Virus record (IMG/VR): IMGVR_UViG_3300012981_000004
Coordinates: 9,131-73,130 of that record
DNA length: 64,000 nt
From: a virus
Reading direction: 5' to 3' (one strand)
This document shows positions 8,868 to 18,478 of the stretch, piece after piece. The position numbers and the translations under genes are program-made. The notes below the pieces were generated by a model. The model had not been told where the DNA came from, made no database searches, and saw only the letters and a program-made list of their open reading frames with translations. Every line of letters starts with the position of its first letter. Position 1 is the stretch's first letter.

Positions 8868-9680
8868 ATGACACGTTACGTTATGGGCTGGAACCCCGAG
8901 AACGGTTCGTTCAAGCTCGACAAGCAGCTGATCGAAGAAATCCTCGGCGGTGGCGCCGAGGCCAACAATCCGGCGATCGTCGCTCTGACCTCGACGGGCG
9001 ACGGTACTATCTCGGCAGCCGCGCTCAAGGCAGGCGTGATCGCGCGCTCGGGCGCCACCGCGGCCCGCACGGATACGACCGTCAGCGCCGCCGCTCTCCT
9101 GGCTGCTATCGGCGGCGGGGAGGCCAACGTCAACGACGCTTGGTTCGTGACCTACCAGAACACGACCGCGTTTCCGATCACCGTGGCCGGCGGGGCCGGC
9201 GTCACGGTCTCCGGCAACACCATCGTGCCGCCGAACTCGGTCGGCATGTTCCTGCTCACCTACAGCGCCGACACTCCGGCCTTCACGCTGGTCGGCGTGC
9301 AGACGGTTCCGATGGCGTCTGTGCAGTCGGTCAAGGCCCCGACCACCGCGGCCCTGGAGAGCGCCGCCATGGCGGCGGCCGACCTGGCGGGCGCGTCGAG
9401 CGTGACCTTTATCAACACGGGCACCACGCCGGGCAACCTGCAGATGCCGACGGCGGCCAACCTGATCGCGGCCATCCCCAACGCGCGCGTGGGCTACGCG
9501 TACGAGCTGTTCATCAAGAACGGCTCAGGCTCCGACAACACCGCGACCATCACAACCAACACCGGTGTCACGCTCTCTGGCACGATGACCATCGCCCAGA
9601 ACGTCACGCGGCGTTTCGTGGTGGAGATCACCGGAGCGGCGACCGTCACGGTGACCAACACAGGCTCCCTGGCGGCGTAG
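8868..9680 (+). CDS. Virion fibre/decoration protein with two tandem beta domains
   Basis: Thr/Ala/Gly-rich; two similar ~100-aa halves; located in the neck module. Confidence 0.6.
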   Translation: MTRYVMGWNPENGSFKLDKQLIEEILGGGAEANNPAIVALTSTGDGTISAAALKAGVIARSGATAARTDTTVSAAALLAAIGGGEANVNDAWFVTYQNTTAFPITVAGGAGVTVSGNTIVPPNSVGMFLLTYSADTPAFTLVGVQTVPMASVQSVKAPTTAALESAAMAAADLAGASSVTFINTGTTPGNLQMPTAANLIAAIPNARVGYAYELFIKNGSGSDNTATITTNTGVTLSGTMTIAQNVTRRFVVEITGAATVTVTNTGSLAA

Positions 9681-9681
9681 C

Positions 9682-10272
9682 TTGAACCTCAACGCCTACG
9701 CGAACGGCGTCACCCAGGCCGTCAACCCCAACTCCCCCCTGCTCGTGCGAGTCGCGACGGGGGTGGCTCGGGACGCGTCGCACAAGCCGTCGCCGACCTA
9801 CGACAGCCCGTGCTCGTTCACGGCGTCTATCTCGGGCAATATCATGACCGTGACCGCGACGGCTGCGGGCACGATCATGACGGGGCAGACCGTGCTGGGC
9901 GACGACGTGGCTGACGGCACCTACGTCGTCGGCGCGGGCGATGAGCCCGACACCTACGTCGTGTCGGTCGAGCAGGAGGTCCCCTCCGAGGCGATGACGG
10001 CGGAGCTGCGGGTCGTCGGCAACGCGCAGCCCGTCGTCGGCTGGAAGGATATCCAGCAGCTCGACGCGCTGAACATCCAGGGCACGCGGTACAAGATTTA
10101 CATGTACGGCCGTGTCGAGGCGATCGTGAGGACGACGAACCAGGGGGGAGACCTGATCGTCGACGAGGCGACCGGGCGCGTCTACCTGGTCGCCATGGTG
10201 TTTGAGCATTGGCCGCCGATCGGCGTGCCGCAGTGGTGCTCGGTGGCCGCCACGCTGCAGAACGGATCGTGA
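9682..10272 (+). CDS. Head closure/adaptor protein
   Basis: MNLNAYA..AVNPN, DIQQLDALNIQG and EHWP..W motifs; one beta-module insert. Confidence 0.75.
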   Translation: MNLNAYANGVTQAVNPNSPLLVRVATGVARDASHKPSPTYDSPCSFTASISGNIMTVTATAAGTIMTGQTVLGDDVADGTYVVGAGDEPDTYVVSVEQEVPSEAMTAELRVVGNAQPVVGWKDIQQLDALNIQGTRYKIYMYGRVEAIVRTTNQGGDLIVDEATGRVYLVAMVFEHWPPIGVPQWCSVAATLQNGS

Positions 10273-10281
10273 GGAGGTTAC

Positions 10282-10641
10282 ATGATTAAGAGACTGGCGA
10301 TCGCCGCTTGCGCGGTGCTCGTCGCCGCCGCGGCGGCGGCGCAGACTTTCAACCAGCGGGCCGTCGTGAGCACGTCGGGCTCGGGTGACCGCACGGTCAT
10401 TACGGGGCTAGCCGGCAAGTCGATCATGGTGTACGGCTTCGACCTGTTCCTCTCGGGCAGCTCGACGCTCAAGCTCAAGTGTGGGTCCACGGACCTCACC
10501 GGAGCAATGACCATGACAGCCTGGTCGAAGCCTATCGTGCAGGCCCCCGCATACTTCGTGTGCGCTGGCGGCTCGAACCTCATCATCAACCTCGGCAACG
10601 CCGTCAGCACAGGAGGTATCTTGTGGTACGCGCAGCAGTAG
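10282..10641 (+). CDS. Hypothetical protein with signal-peptide-like N-terminus
   Basis: AGGAGG RBS; MIKRLAIAACAVLVAAAAAAQ. Confidence 0.7.
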   Translation: MIKRLAIAACAVLVAAAAAAQTFNQRAVVSTSGSGDRTVITGLAGKSIMVYGFDLFLSGSSTLKLKCGSTDLTGAMTMTAWSKPIVQAPAYFVCAGGSNLIINLGNAVSTGGILWYAQQ

Positions 10642-10883
10642 CGGCCGCGTCGGCCGCCTTCCTCGTCGCTGCGGCAACGATCGCGGGGACGGCATCGGCG
10701 CAAGAGCCGCAGCCCATAGACCCCAAGGGTTCCTACGCGGTGCCCATGTCGGGAGAGGAGCTGCAGGCCTTCGTGTCCCTGGCGACACAGTGCGATGCGC
10801 GAGCGCCGTTCGCCTGCGCCGAGTTTCTGGTGTTCATCCGCCGTAAGCTCCTGTCGGCGGAGAAGCGCGAGGAGAAGAAGTAA
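10623..10883 (+). CDS. Small hypothetical protein with signal-peptide-like N-terminus
   Basis: AGGAGG at 10611, GTG at 10623; Ala-rich leader ending ASA-Q. Confidence 0.55.
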   Translation: MVRAAVAAASAAFLVAAATIAGTASAQEPQPIDPKGSYAVPMSGEELQAFVSLATQCDARAPFACAEFLVFIRRKLLSAEKREEKK

Positions 10884-11657
10884 GTGGAGATCAGCCCGGG
10901 CCAGGACGACGTTTTCCGCGTGCTCGGCGATTTCGTGTACGCGGTGCTGCCGTCCGGCATCATCTTCCAGCAGGGCCAGGCCAATCGAGTGCCGGAGCCC
11001 CGCGAGCAGAACTTCGTCGTGGCGTGGCCCATCTCGTTTCCGCGGCTCGCCACCAACGTCGACAGCTACCTGGACGTGGCATTCTTGGGTTCGATCGACG
11101 ACGACGTGCTCACCGTGACGGAGGTCTACGCCATCGTCGACGGCAGCTCGATCGGCACCGGCGTCGACCCCAAGCCGATCGAGGTCGGCGACACGGTCTA
11201 CGGCACGGATGTTGAAGCAGGGACTAAGATAGTGGCCCAGACGAGCGGGACACCTGGCGGCGTAGGCACCTACACCGTGTCGGTGTCGCAGACCATAACG
11301 GCGGAGAAGATGGCTTGCGGCGCGCAGGACATCGTGCAGGCCGTCGAGTGGGTCGTGCAGATGGACGTGCACGGACCGCAGGCCTCGGACAACGCTCAAA
11401 TCTTGTCGACGTTGTTCCGCGACGCGTACGCGGTTGACTACTTCGCGGCCCATCAGTTCGGCGCGGGCCGCGTCGTCCCCCTGTACGCCGATGATCCGCG
11501 CCAGATGCCGTTCCTCAACGGTGAGCAGCAGTACGAGGACAGGCTGGTCGTTACCGCCAGGCTACAGGTCAATCAGACCGTGCGCGTGCCGCAGCAGTTC
11601 GCCGACGAGCTTGATGACCTGACCCTGGTAGCCGCAACGTCGCCGCCGGCGACATAG
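10884..11657 (+). CDS. Tail terminator/neck protein
   Basis: QGQANRVPEP, QMDVHGP, LFRDAYA, PLYADDPRQMPFLNGEQQYE motifs; precedes the sheath gene. Confidence 0.8.
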   Translation: MEISPGQDDVFRVLGDFVYAVLPSGIIFQQGQANRVPEPREQNFVVAWPISFPRLATNVDSYLDVAFLGSIDDDVLTVTEVYAIVDGSSIGTGVDPKPIEVGDTVYGTDVEAGTKIVAQTSGTPGGVGTYTVSVSQTITAEKMACGAQDIVQAVEWVVQMDVHGPQASDNAQILSTLFRDAYAVDYFAAHQFGAGRVVPLYADDPRQMPFLNGEQQYEDRLVVTARLQVNQTVRVPQQFADELDDLTLVAATSPPAT

Positions 11658-11670
11658 GAGAGAGAACAAC

Positions 11671-13404
11671 ATGACGACTATCCCCGTCAACATGGACGTC
11701 AACATCGTCCCGGGCGTGCTCAGCGCCGGCGGGACCGCGCTCGCGCTCAACGGTCTGATCCTCTCGGACAGCACGCGCGTGCCGATCGGTTCCGTGCAGT
11801 CGTTCGCCAACGCTTTGGAGGTCTCCGACTACTTCGGACCCTCCAGCGACGAGTACGAGGCGGCGACGACCTATTTCAACGGCTACAACAACTCCTTCGT
11901 GAAGCCGGGCTCGCTTCTGATGGCGCAGTACCCGACCGAGAACGTGGCGGCGTTCCTGCGCGGCGGTGACGTGCGCACCATGACCGTGGCCGAACTCGCC
12001 GAGCTGTCGGGCACGCTGTCGATCATCATCGACGGCTACTACACTTGGACGTCCAACTCGGTCGACCTCTCGGCAGCCACCAGCTACTCGGACGCGGCGG
12101 ACATCATCGAGACCGCCCTGACCGCGTCGCCGCCGGCCGGCGGCACCTCGACGGCGAGCACCATCTCCGGCACCACGCTCACGGTCGGAGGCTCGGTCAC
12201 GGGCACCTTCCGCGTCGGCCAGCGCATCTCGGGCTCCGGCGTCACCGCGGGCACGAAGATCACGGCGCTGGGCACAGGCACGGGCGGCGCCGGGACGTAC
12301 ACCATCAGCGTATCGCAGACCGTCGGCGTCGCCACGGCCATCAATTCCTTCGGCTCGACCCCGACCGTGACCTACGACAGCACGTCGGGCGGCTTCCTGG
12401 TGCAGTCCAGCAACGTGGGCTCGCCCGTCAGCCAGATGGCGTTCGCCACCGGCACGATCGCAGCCGGCATCAAGCTCACCTCCGCCACGGGCGCCGTGCG
12501 CAGCCAGGGGGCGGACGCGGTCGAGGACCCCGCGACGTTCATGAATGGCGTCATTGCCGTGACCCAGAACTGGGCGACTTTCATGACTCTGTTCGACCCG
12601 GACACCGTGGGCGAGAATGACGTCAAGATGGAGTTCGCGGACTGGACCAACGACCAGAACAACCGCTACGCCTACGTCTGCTGGGACACCGACGAGAGCC
12701 CGACCACCTCGTCGAACGCCACCAGCAGCATGGGCCGCCTCCTGGCGGACGGCGACTTCTCCGGCACCATCCTGGTGTGGAACACGTCGGAGCTGGCGGC
12801 GTTCGTCTGCGGCGCTGCGGCGTCGATCGACTTCAACCGCACGAACGGCCGCGCCACGCTCAAGTTCAAGTCGCAGAGCGGCATGACGGCGACCGTGACC
12901 GACCAGACGGTCGCGCAGAACCTGATCGACAACGGCTACAACTTCTACGGCGCCTTCGCCACCGCGGCCGATCAGTTCAACTACTTCTCGCCTGGCAGCG
13001 TGAGCGGCCCGTTCGCGTGGGCCGACACATACCTCAACCAGGTGTGGTTCAACGCCTCGCTGCAGCTCTCGCTCATCACGTTGCTGACGAGCGTCGGCGC
13101 CGTCCCCTACACGACGGTCGGCTACACCATGATCGAGGCTGCGATGGCCGACCCCATCGCGGCGGGCCTCAACTTCGGCGCCTTCTCGCCTGGCGTCCCC
13201 CTGTCCCAGCTGCAGCAGGCGGAGGTCAACTACCAGGCGGGCCGGGACATCGTCAACACGTTGTTCTCGCAGGGCTACTACGTGCTGATCCAGCCGGCGA
13301 CGGCGCAGGTCCGGGCGGCGCGCACGTCGCCGACCATCACGCTGTGGTACTGCGACGCCGGCGCGGTCCACAAGATCACCGTGGCGAGCATCGCCGTCCA
13401 GTAA
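11671..13404 (+). CDS. Tail sheath protein (DUF3383-like)
   Basis: IVPGVLSAGG..LNGLIL, TQNWATF, NGRATLKFKSQSG, WADTYLNQVW, RTSP..LWYCDAGAV. Confidence 0.9.
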   Translation: MTTIPVNMDVNIVPGVLSAGGTALALNGLILSDSTRVPIGSVQSFANALEVSDYFGPSSDEYEAATTYFNGYNNSFVKPGSLLMAQYPTENVAAFLRGGDVRTMTVAELAELSGTLSIIIDGYYTWTSNSVDLSAATSYSDAADIIETALTASPPAGGTSTASTISGTTLTVGGSVTGTFRVGQRISGSGVTAGTKITALGTGTGGAGTYTISVSQTVGVATAINSFGSTPTVTYDSTSGGFLVQSSNVGSPVSQMAFATGTIAAGIKLTSATGAVRSQGADAVEDPATFMNGVIAVTQNWATFMTLFDPDTVGENDVKMEFADWTNDQNNRYAYVCWDTDESPTTSSNATSSMGRLLADGDFSGTILVWNTSELAAFVCGAAASIDFNRTNGRATLKFKSQSGMTATVTDQTVAQNLIDNGYNFYGAFATAADQFNYFSPGSVSGPFAWADTYLNQVWFNASLQLSLITLLTSVGAVPYTTVGYTMIEAAMADPIAAGLNFGAFSPGVPLSQLQQAEVNYQAGRDIVNTLFSQGYYVLIQPATAQVRAARTSPTITLWYCDAGAVHKITVASIAVQ

Positions 13405-13416
13405 GGAGCAGGACAC

Positions 13417-13854
13417 ATGGCAACCCGCACCATAACGTCGGCGAACTCGACGTTCATCATCACCGTGCCGGGCGTCTTCGTGGCGCCGCAGCAGCTGCAG
13501 GGCTACTCCGCCGACGACATGTTCAGCGTAGAACGGCAGACGCCCACCGAGATGCAGCAGGGCGTGGACGGCTTCGCCGCGTCCGGCTTCATGTTCCAGC
13601 TCACGAAGCAGGGCATCGTCCTGCTGCCCAACTCGCCGTCGATCGACGTCTTCGACCAGTGGTGGCAGTTCATGCTCGTTGCGCGCGACTCGTTCCTGGC
13701 GCAGGGGGTCATCACGCTGCCGTCGCTGCAGAAGAAGTTCGTGATGGTTGACGGGAGCCTGACGGGCTACGCGCCGATGCCGGGAGCCGGACGTACCCTC
13801 AAGTCGCGGGACTTCGAGGTCACCTGGAACCAGATCATCCCGCAGCCCGTCTGA
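13417..13854 (+). CDS. Tail tube protein
   Basis: RTITSANS, LQGYSADD, MQQGVDG motifs; follows the sheath gene. Confidence 0.85.
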   Translation: MATRTITSANSTFIITVPGVFVAPQQLQGYSADDMFSVERQTPTEMQQGVDGFAASGFMFQLTKQGIVLLPNSPSIDVFDQWWQFMLVARDSFLAQGVITLPSLQKKFVMVDGSLTGYAPMPGAGRTLKSRDFEVTWNQIIPQPV

Positions 13855-13867
13855 CGTGGAGGGCGAG

Positions 13868-13893
13868 GGCGGCCGGTAGGGAGACCGGCCGCC
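13868..13893 (+). terminator. Intergenic hairpin after the tube gene
   Basis: GGCGGCCGGT-AGGGAG-ACCGGCCGCC 10-bp stem; no U-tract. Confidence 0.4.
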
Positions 13894-13918
13894 GACTGAC
13901 TTAACCGAGGAGAACGAC

Positions 13919-14389
13919 ATGGCACGCAGAGAGAATATCCTGAGGTACGATCAGCCAGGATCGCGAGACCACGGCAAGACGTATATCCTGAAGGAGCCCG
14001 ACGCGCTCACCGCCGAGTGGTGGGCGACGCGCGCCCTGCTCCTCCTCGCCCAGGAGGGCGTAGACGTCGGCGAGGCCGACGGAATGGCGGGCCTGGCCGC
14101 GGCCGGCATCTCCGCGCTCGGCAAGATCAAGTCCGCTGACCTCAAGCCGCTGCTCGACGAGATGCTGGGCTGGATTTACGTGGCGCCGGACCCCGCGCAG
14201 CCGATGAACACGCGCCAGCTCAACGCGCAGCTCGGCGACGTGGAGGAGATCGGCACGCTGCTGCAGCTGCGCATGGCGATGTTCGAGCTGCTGACGGGTT
14301 TTTCTATGCCCGCGCTCCCATCGACGTCGACATCGGCGACGCGGGCGCCGGACGCCTCCTCGACTACCCAAACGTCCCGGGCATCGTAG
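13919..14389 (+). CDS. Tail assembly chaperone (G-type, short form)
   Basis: Lies between tube and tape measure genes; AEWWATRALL, KPLLDEM. Confidence 0.8.
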   Translation: MARRENILRYDQPGSRDHGKTYILKEPDALTAEWWATRALLLLAQEGVDVGEADGMAGLAAAGISALGKIKSADLKPLLDEMLGWIYVAPDPAQPMNTRQLNAQLGDVEEIGTLLQLRMAMFELLTGFSMPALPSTSTSATRAPDASSTTQTSRAS

Positions 14390-14544
14390 GCCTGGTCGTG
14401 TCGAGCAGGCTCGCCACGCTGCACGAGCTTGGCACAGTGTACGGCGTCAAGGACCTGTACGACCTCATCGAGGTCATCGTGGTCGACGCCCACAACAGGC
14501 GCGTGATCGAAAAGATCAACGCGGACGCGGCAAAGAGGGTCTGA
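14296..14544 (+). CDS. -1 frameshift extension of the tail chaperone (GT-type product)
   Basis: In-frame G GGT TTT at 14296-14302. The -1 frame reads GFFYARAPIDVD..LLDYPNVPGIVGLVVSSRLATLHELGTVYGVKDLYDLIEVIVVDAHN..KRV* and has no ATG of its own. Confidence 0.8.
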   Translation, partial: GFFYARAPIDVDIGDAGAGRLLDYPNVPGIVGLVVSSRLATLHELGTVYGVKDLYDLIEVIVVDAHNRRVIEKINADAAKRV

Positions 14545-14548
14545 CCCC

Positions 14549-16660
14549 ATGCCAACCGTCATCGACAGCCTCATAGTCACGCTCGGCCTCGACCCCTCCG
14601 GCTTCAAGAAGGGGCAGAAGGAGGCCGCGCAGGCGTTGCTGCAGTCGAGGCAGAACTTCGAGAAGACTGGGCGCGAGATCGAACACCGCGCCAAGTCCAT
14701 GACGGAGTTCATGAGCGCGCTGCGCGGAAACGTGCTGCTGCTGTTCGCCGCCTTCACCGGCGGCCGCGGCCTAAAGCAGTTCATGTCCGACGTGACGCAG
14801 AGCAACGCCGCCCTCGGTCGCATGGCTCCTCTCGTCGGCACGACAGCGCGGGAGCTGAGCAAGTGGCAGGGGGCCGTGACGTCGCTCGGCGGCGATGCCA
14901 AGGGCGTCGCTGGCAGCATCGCTGCGCTCGACCGTGCCCTGGTCGACATCTCTCTCGTCCCCTCCGACAACCCCGCGCTGCTGCCCTACCTGCGCGCCCT
15001 AGGCGTCAGCCTCCAGGGCGCCAACGGCAAGATCAAGACGGCGACGCAGCTCCTGCCTGAACTCAACGCGGCTGTGCAGGGCCTCGACAAGCGCGAGGCC
15101 TCCTCGATCCTGGCCAAGATCGGCCTGAACGAAGACCTCATACAGGTCGTGATCCAGAGCCGCGAGGAGTTCCGCAAGACGATGGCGGACCAGGAGCGGT
15201 GGGGGCTCCTGACGGAGAAGCAGGCCAAGGAGTCGATGCAGCTCCAGCGCGCCATCGCCGGCGTGACGCTGTCGTTCACCACGCTCGCCCGCCAGGTCCT
15301 GGAGGCCGTCAACCCTGCGCTGGTATCGATGGCCACCAGGCTGTCGAACGTATTCGTGTGGTTCCAGAAGCATCCCGAGGAGGCCAAGGCCGCGCTCCTG
15401 GGCATCGCGGCGGCGGTCGGCGTCCTGGTGCTCGCGCTGGGAGGTCCTATCACCTGGCTGGCGGCGATCGGCACCGCGGCAGCCGTGCTCTACGACGACT
15501 GGGCCACGTGGAACGAGACGGGCAAGTCGAACTTCGGGAACTTCTGGCAGTACGTCACGGAGGGCTGGAAGAAGATCGAGGCAGTCGCCATACAGGTGTG
15601 GGACTCGATCAAAGATACCGTGATGCCTATCCTGATAGGCATACGCGACTACGCGACGTCTCTCGTCGAGTTCTACGCCAGCGCGCTCAAGCTCATCTAC
15701 ACGCTGTTCTTCGGCTCGTCGCAGGACATACGCGACGCCTGGTCGAATATGATCGGCAAGCTGGAGAAGGTATGGGAGTCGTTTTGGGAAGGCCTGGTTA
15801 AGGCCATCTACAACGCGGCGCCCGCCATCTTCGACGCGATGAAGAAGGCTTTCGGCGCGGCGTTCAGCTGGGTTATGGACAGGGCTAATACCATCTGGCG
15901 CGCGATCACCGGCAACGACCTGTTCGAGAAGACGTCGCTGGGCGACACAGGGATGGAGGACCCCGCCACGATCCAGGGCGGCTACACGACGGGCGGCAAG
16001 GGCCGCGGCTCGGGCTCCAACACGCTGCACGCTCCGGTAGACCGCAAGCAGCTCGACGAGGACATCGCCGACTACCAGCGCATGGGCTGGTCGCGCGAGC
16101 AGGCCATCGGCATCGTCGCCAACACCGTCGCGGAGAGCGGCGGCAAGGGGCACACTGCCGTCGGCGACGGCGGCGCAGCCTACGGCATCCACCAATGGCA
16201 CCCCGACAGACAGGCAAACTTCCGGAAGGTGTTCGGCAAGGACATCCGCGACAGCACGCGCGCCGAGCAGCGCGCCTTCACGGACTGGGAGCTGCGCAAC
16301 ACGGAGAGCAAGGCCGGCGAATACCTCAAGCGAACGACGTCGCCGGGCCAGGCCGCGCAGGTCTTCTCCACACATTTCGAGCGGCCTAAGTACACGGGCC
16401 TGGAGGCCGCGAAGCGCTGGAGCCTCGCCGAGGAGCTTGCCAAGGGCGGCACAGGCGGCCCTGCCGGTCTCCCCCCTGTCGGCGCGCCGACGGCCGCCGC
16501 GACGTCGAGCACGACGAACAGCTCCAACGTCAACGTCAATGTTGATCAGATCACGGTCAACGCTCCCAACGCGACCGACGCGAAGGGCATCGCCGCAGCG
16601 ATCAAGCCCGAGCTGAGCGACGCCGTCTACGCAGCGCAGCAGCAGGGAGGCTTCATCTGA
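14549..16660 (+). CDS. Tape measure protein with C-terminal phage tail lysozyme-like domain
   Basis: 703 aa, helical. C-terminus QAIGIVAN..AESGG..AYGIHQWHPDRQ..EQ..F..WEL..HFERP. Confidence 0.9.
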   Translation: MPTVIDSLIVTLGLDPSGFKKGQKEAAQALLQSRQNFEKTGREIEHRAKSMTEFMSALRGNVLLLFAAFTGGRGLKQFMSDVTQSNAALGRMAPLVGTTARELSKWQGAVTSLGGDAKGVAGSIAALDRALVDISLVPSDNPALLPYLRALGVSLQGANGKIKTATQLLPELNAAVQGLDKREASSILAKIGLNEDLIQVVIQSREEFRKTMADQERWGLLTEKQAKESMQLQRAIAGVTLSFTTLARQVLEAVNPALVSMATRLSNVFVWFQKHPEEAKAALLGIAAAVGVLVLALGGPITWLAAIGTAAAVLYDDWATWNETGKSNFGNFWQYVTEGWKKIEAVAIQVWDSIKDTVMPILIGIRDYATSLVEFYASALKLIYTLFFGSSQDIRDAWSNMIGKLEKVWESFWEGLVKAIYNAAPAIFDAMKKAFGAAFSWVMDRANTIWRAITGNDLFEKTSLGDTGMEDPATIQGGYTTGGKGRGSGSNTLHAPVDRKQLDEDIADYQRMGWSREQAIGIVANTVAESGGKGHTAVGDGGAAYGIHQWHPDRQANFRKVFGKDIRDSTRAEQRAFTDWELRNTESKAGEYLKRTTSPGQAAQVFSTHFERPKYTGLEAAKRWSLAEELAKGGTGGPAGLPPVGAPTAAATSSTTNSSNVNVNVDQITVNAPNATDAKGIAAAIKPELSDAVYAAQQQGGFI

Positions 16661-17280
16661 TGCCGCTCATACCGATCAACACGCTGCCTACCAGCCTCCT
16701 CGGAGGCGGCCCCAACATCGTCACGCAGGGCCTGGTCGGCATTGGCCTGCTGCCGCCCGAGTGGGGCGTCTTCTCTCAGGACGGCGCGCCCGTGCTGAGC
16801 TTCGATACGGTGCTGGCGTTCGACTACAGGCGGGACTGGAACGTCGCCGACTATCCCGTGGAGCGTGGCGCCTTCGAGAGCTACGACAAGGTGCAGACGC
16901 CATTCACGACCAGGCTGACGCTCGCCACAGGCGGATCGTTCGCCGCCAGGCAGCACTTCCTGGAGACCCTGCAGGCGATCGAGGACGACCTGAACCTCTA
17001 CGACGTGGTCACGCCCGAGGTCACTTACACGCGCACCAACATCGTGCACGTCGACTACAGGCGCGCCGACGCCAAATACGGTACGATAATCGTCAACGTC
17101 TTTCTGCAGGAGATACGCGAGACCGTCACGGAGCGCGTGGGGACGAACGCGCAGGAGCCGAGCGGCAGCGCTACGCAGAACGGCGGCCAGGTGCAGACCG
17201 ACAGCCTGTCGGACGGCGAGAAGAAGATCATCGCCGATGCTTTCAACCAGCCGACCTTCGCCGGTGTGGATAATACCTGA
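16660..17280 (+). CDS. Baseplate/tail-tube initiator (Dit-like)
   Basis: VADYPVERGAFESYDKVQTP motif; follows the tape measure gene. Confidence 0.8.
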   Translation: MPLIPINTLPTSLLGGGPNIVTQGLVGIGLLPPEWGVFSQDGAPVLSFDTVLAFDYRRDWNVADYPVERGAFESYDKVQTPFTTRLTLATGGSFAARQHFLETLQAIEDDLNLYDVVTPEVTYTRTNIVHVDYRRADAKYGTIIVNVFLQEIRETVTERVGTNAQEPSGSATQNGGQVQTDSLSDGEKKIIADAFNQPTFAGVDNT

Positions 17281-17597
17281 TGGTAAAGATACCGCTACAA
17301 CCTGTGCCGGCGCAGACCGTCAACGCGCTCCTCGAACAGCAGGCGGCGACCATGACGGTGCGTCAGCTCGGCACTGGCGTGTATCTCTCGCTCTCGCTCG
17401 GCGATACCTCGATCGTGTCGCAGTGCATCTGCGAGAACGCCAACAGGATCGTCCGCGGCACGTACCAGGGCTTCGAGGGCGACGTCTTCTTCATCGACAC
17501 GACTGGCGCGGGCGCCGATCCGCAGTTCGACGGGCTCGGCACCAGGTTCCAGCTCGTGTATATGACCGCTGCCGAGCTTGCGCTGGTGCAGCCGTGA
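17280..17597 (+). CDS. Small baseplate protein
   Basis: IPLQPVPAQT..GTRFQLVY. Confidence 0.75.
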   Translation: MVKIPLQPVPAQTVNALLEQQAATMTVRQLGTGVYLSLSLGDTSIVSQCICENANRIVRGTYQGFEGDVFFIDTTGAGADPQFDGLGTRFQLVYMTAAELALVQP

Positions 17598-18478
17598 CCT
17601 TCGTCCACCGCAGGATCGACGTTACCTTCACGAAGGGCTCCGGAGGCTTCGAGGGCGAGGGCAACAGCGTCAAGCTCTCCAAGGTCCGGGTGGCCGCGCG
17701 CGTCTCCAAGGCTGGCGGCAATTCGTTCGGGCAGCTGCAGGCCACGGTGTGGGGCCTGACGCTCTCCAGGATGAACCAGCTGACGACGCTCGGCCAGAAG
17801 GTGCAGACCGTCAGCAAGGACAAGATAACCATCTCGGCGGGCGACAGCGCGCACGGCATGTCGGTCGCCTTCGAGGGCAACATCTTCAACGCGTACGCGG
17901 ACCTCCAGTCTGCGCCGCAGGGTGGCTTCGTCGTGAGCGCGCAGACGGAATACGCCAACAGCGTGGCGCCGACGCCCGCCCTCAGCTACTCGGGCGGCGT
18001 AGACGCTGCGGACATCTGCAAAGAGCTGGCGCGTAAGATGAATTTGAAGTTCGAGAACAACGGCGTCAGCGTCATGCTGTCCGATCCGTACTTCTCGGGC
18101 TCTCCGCTCAACCAGCTTGAGCGCGTCTGCACGGCGGCGAACATCTCGTACGCGATCGACGCCGGCGTGCTCGCCATCTGGAAGAAGAACGGTTTCCGCG
18201 GCTCAGGAGGCTCCGACCAGGTGCCCCTGGTCTCGCCCTCGACCGGCCTCATCAGCTATCCGACCTACACGGCGTCAGGCATCAAGGTCAGGTCGCTCTA
18301 CAATCCGGCCATCGAGTTCGGCAAGCGCATCAAGCTGGAGAGCGACCTGAAAGCAGCGACGGGTCTGTGGACCGTGTACGCCATGGACTATGACCTGGAG
18401 GCAGAGGTCCCCGGCGGCAAGTGGGAGATGAACCTTGACTGCTACAATCCGGACTTCGGCCTGGTGGTGAGGACCTGA
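17594..18478 (+). CDS. Baseplate hub protein
   Basis: GTG overlaps the previous stop; VWGLTLSRMNQLT, TGLISYP, LYNPAIEFG motifs. Confidence 0.8.
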   Translation: MTFVHRRIDVTFTKGSGGFEGEGNSVKLSKVRVAARVSKAGGNSFGQLQATVWGLTLSRMNQLTTLGQKVQTVSKDKITISAGDSAHGMSVAFEGNIFNAYADLQSAPQGGFVVSAQTEYANSVAPTPALSYSGGVDAADICKELARKMNLKFENNGVSVMLSDPYFSGSPLNQLERVCTAANISYAIDAGVLAIWKKNGFRGSGGSDQVPLVSPSTGLISYPTYTASGIKVRSLYNPAIEFGKRIKLESDLKAATGLWTVYAMDYDLEAEVPGGKWEMNLDCYNPDFGLVVRT

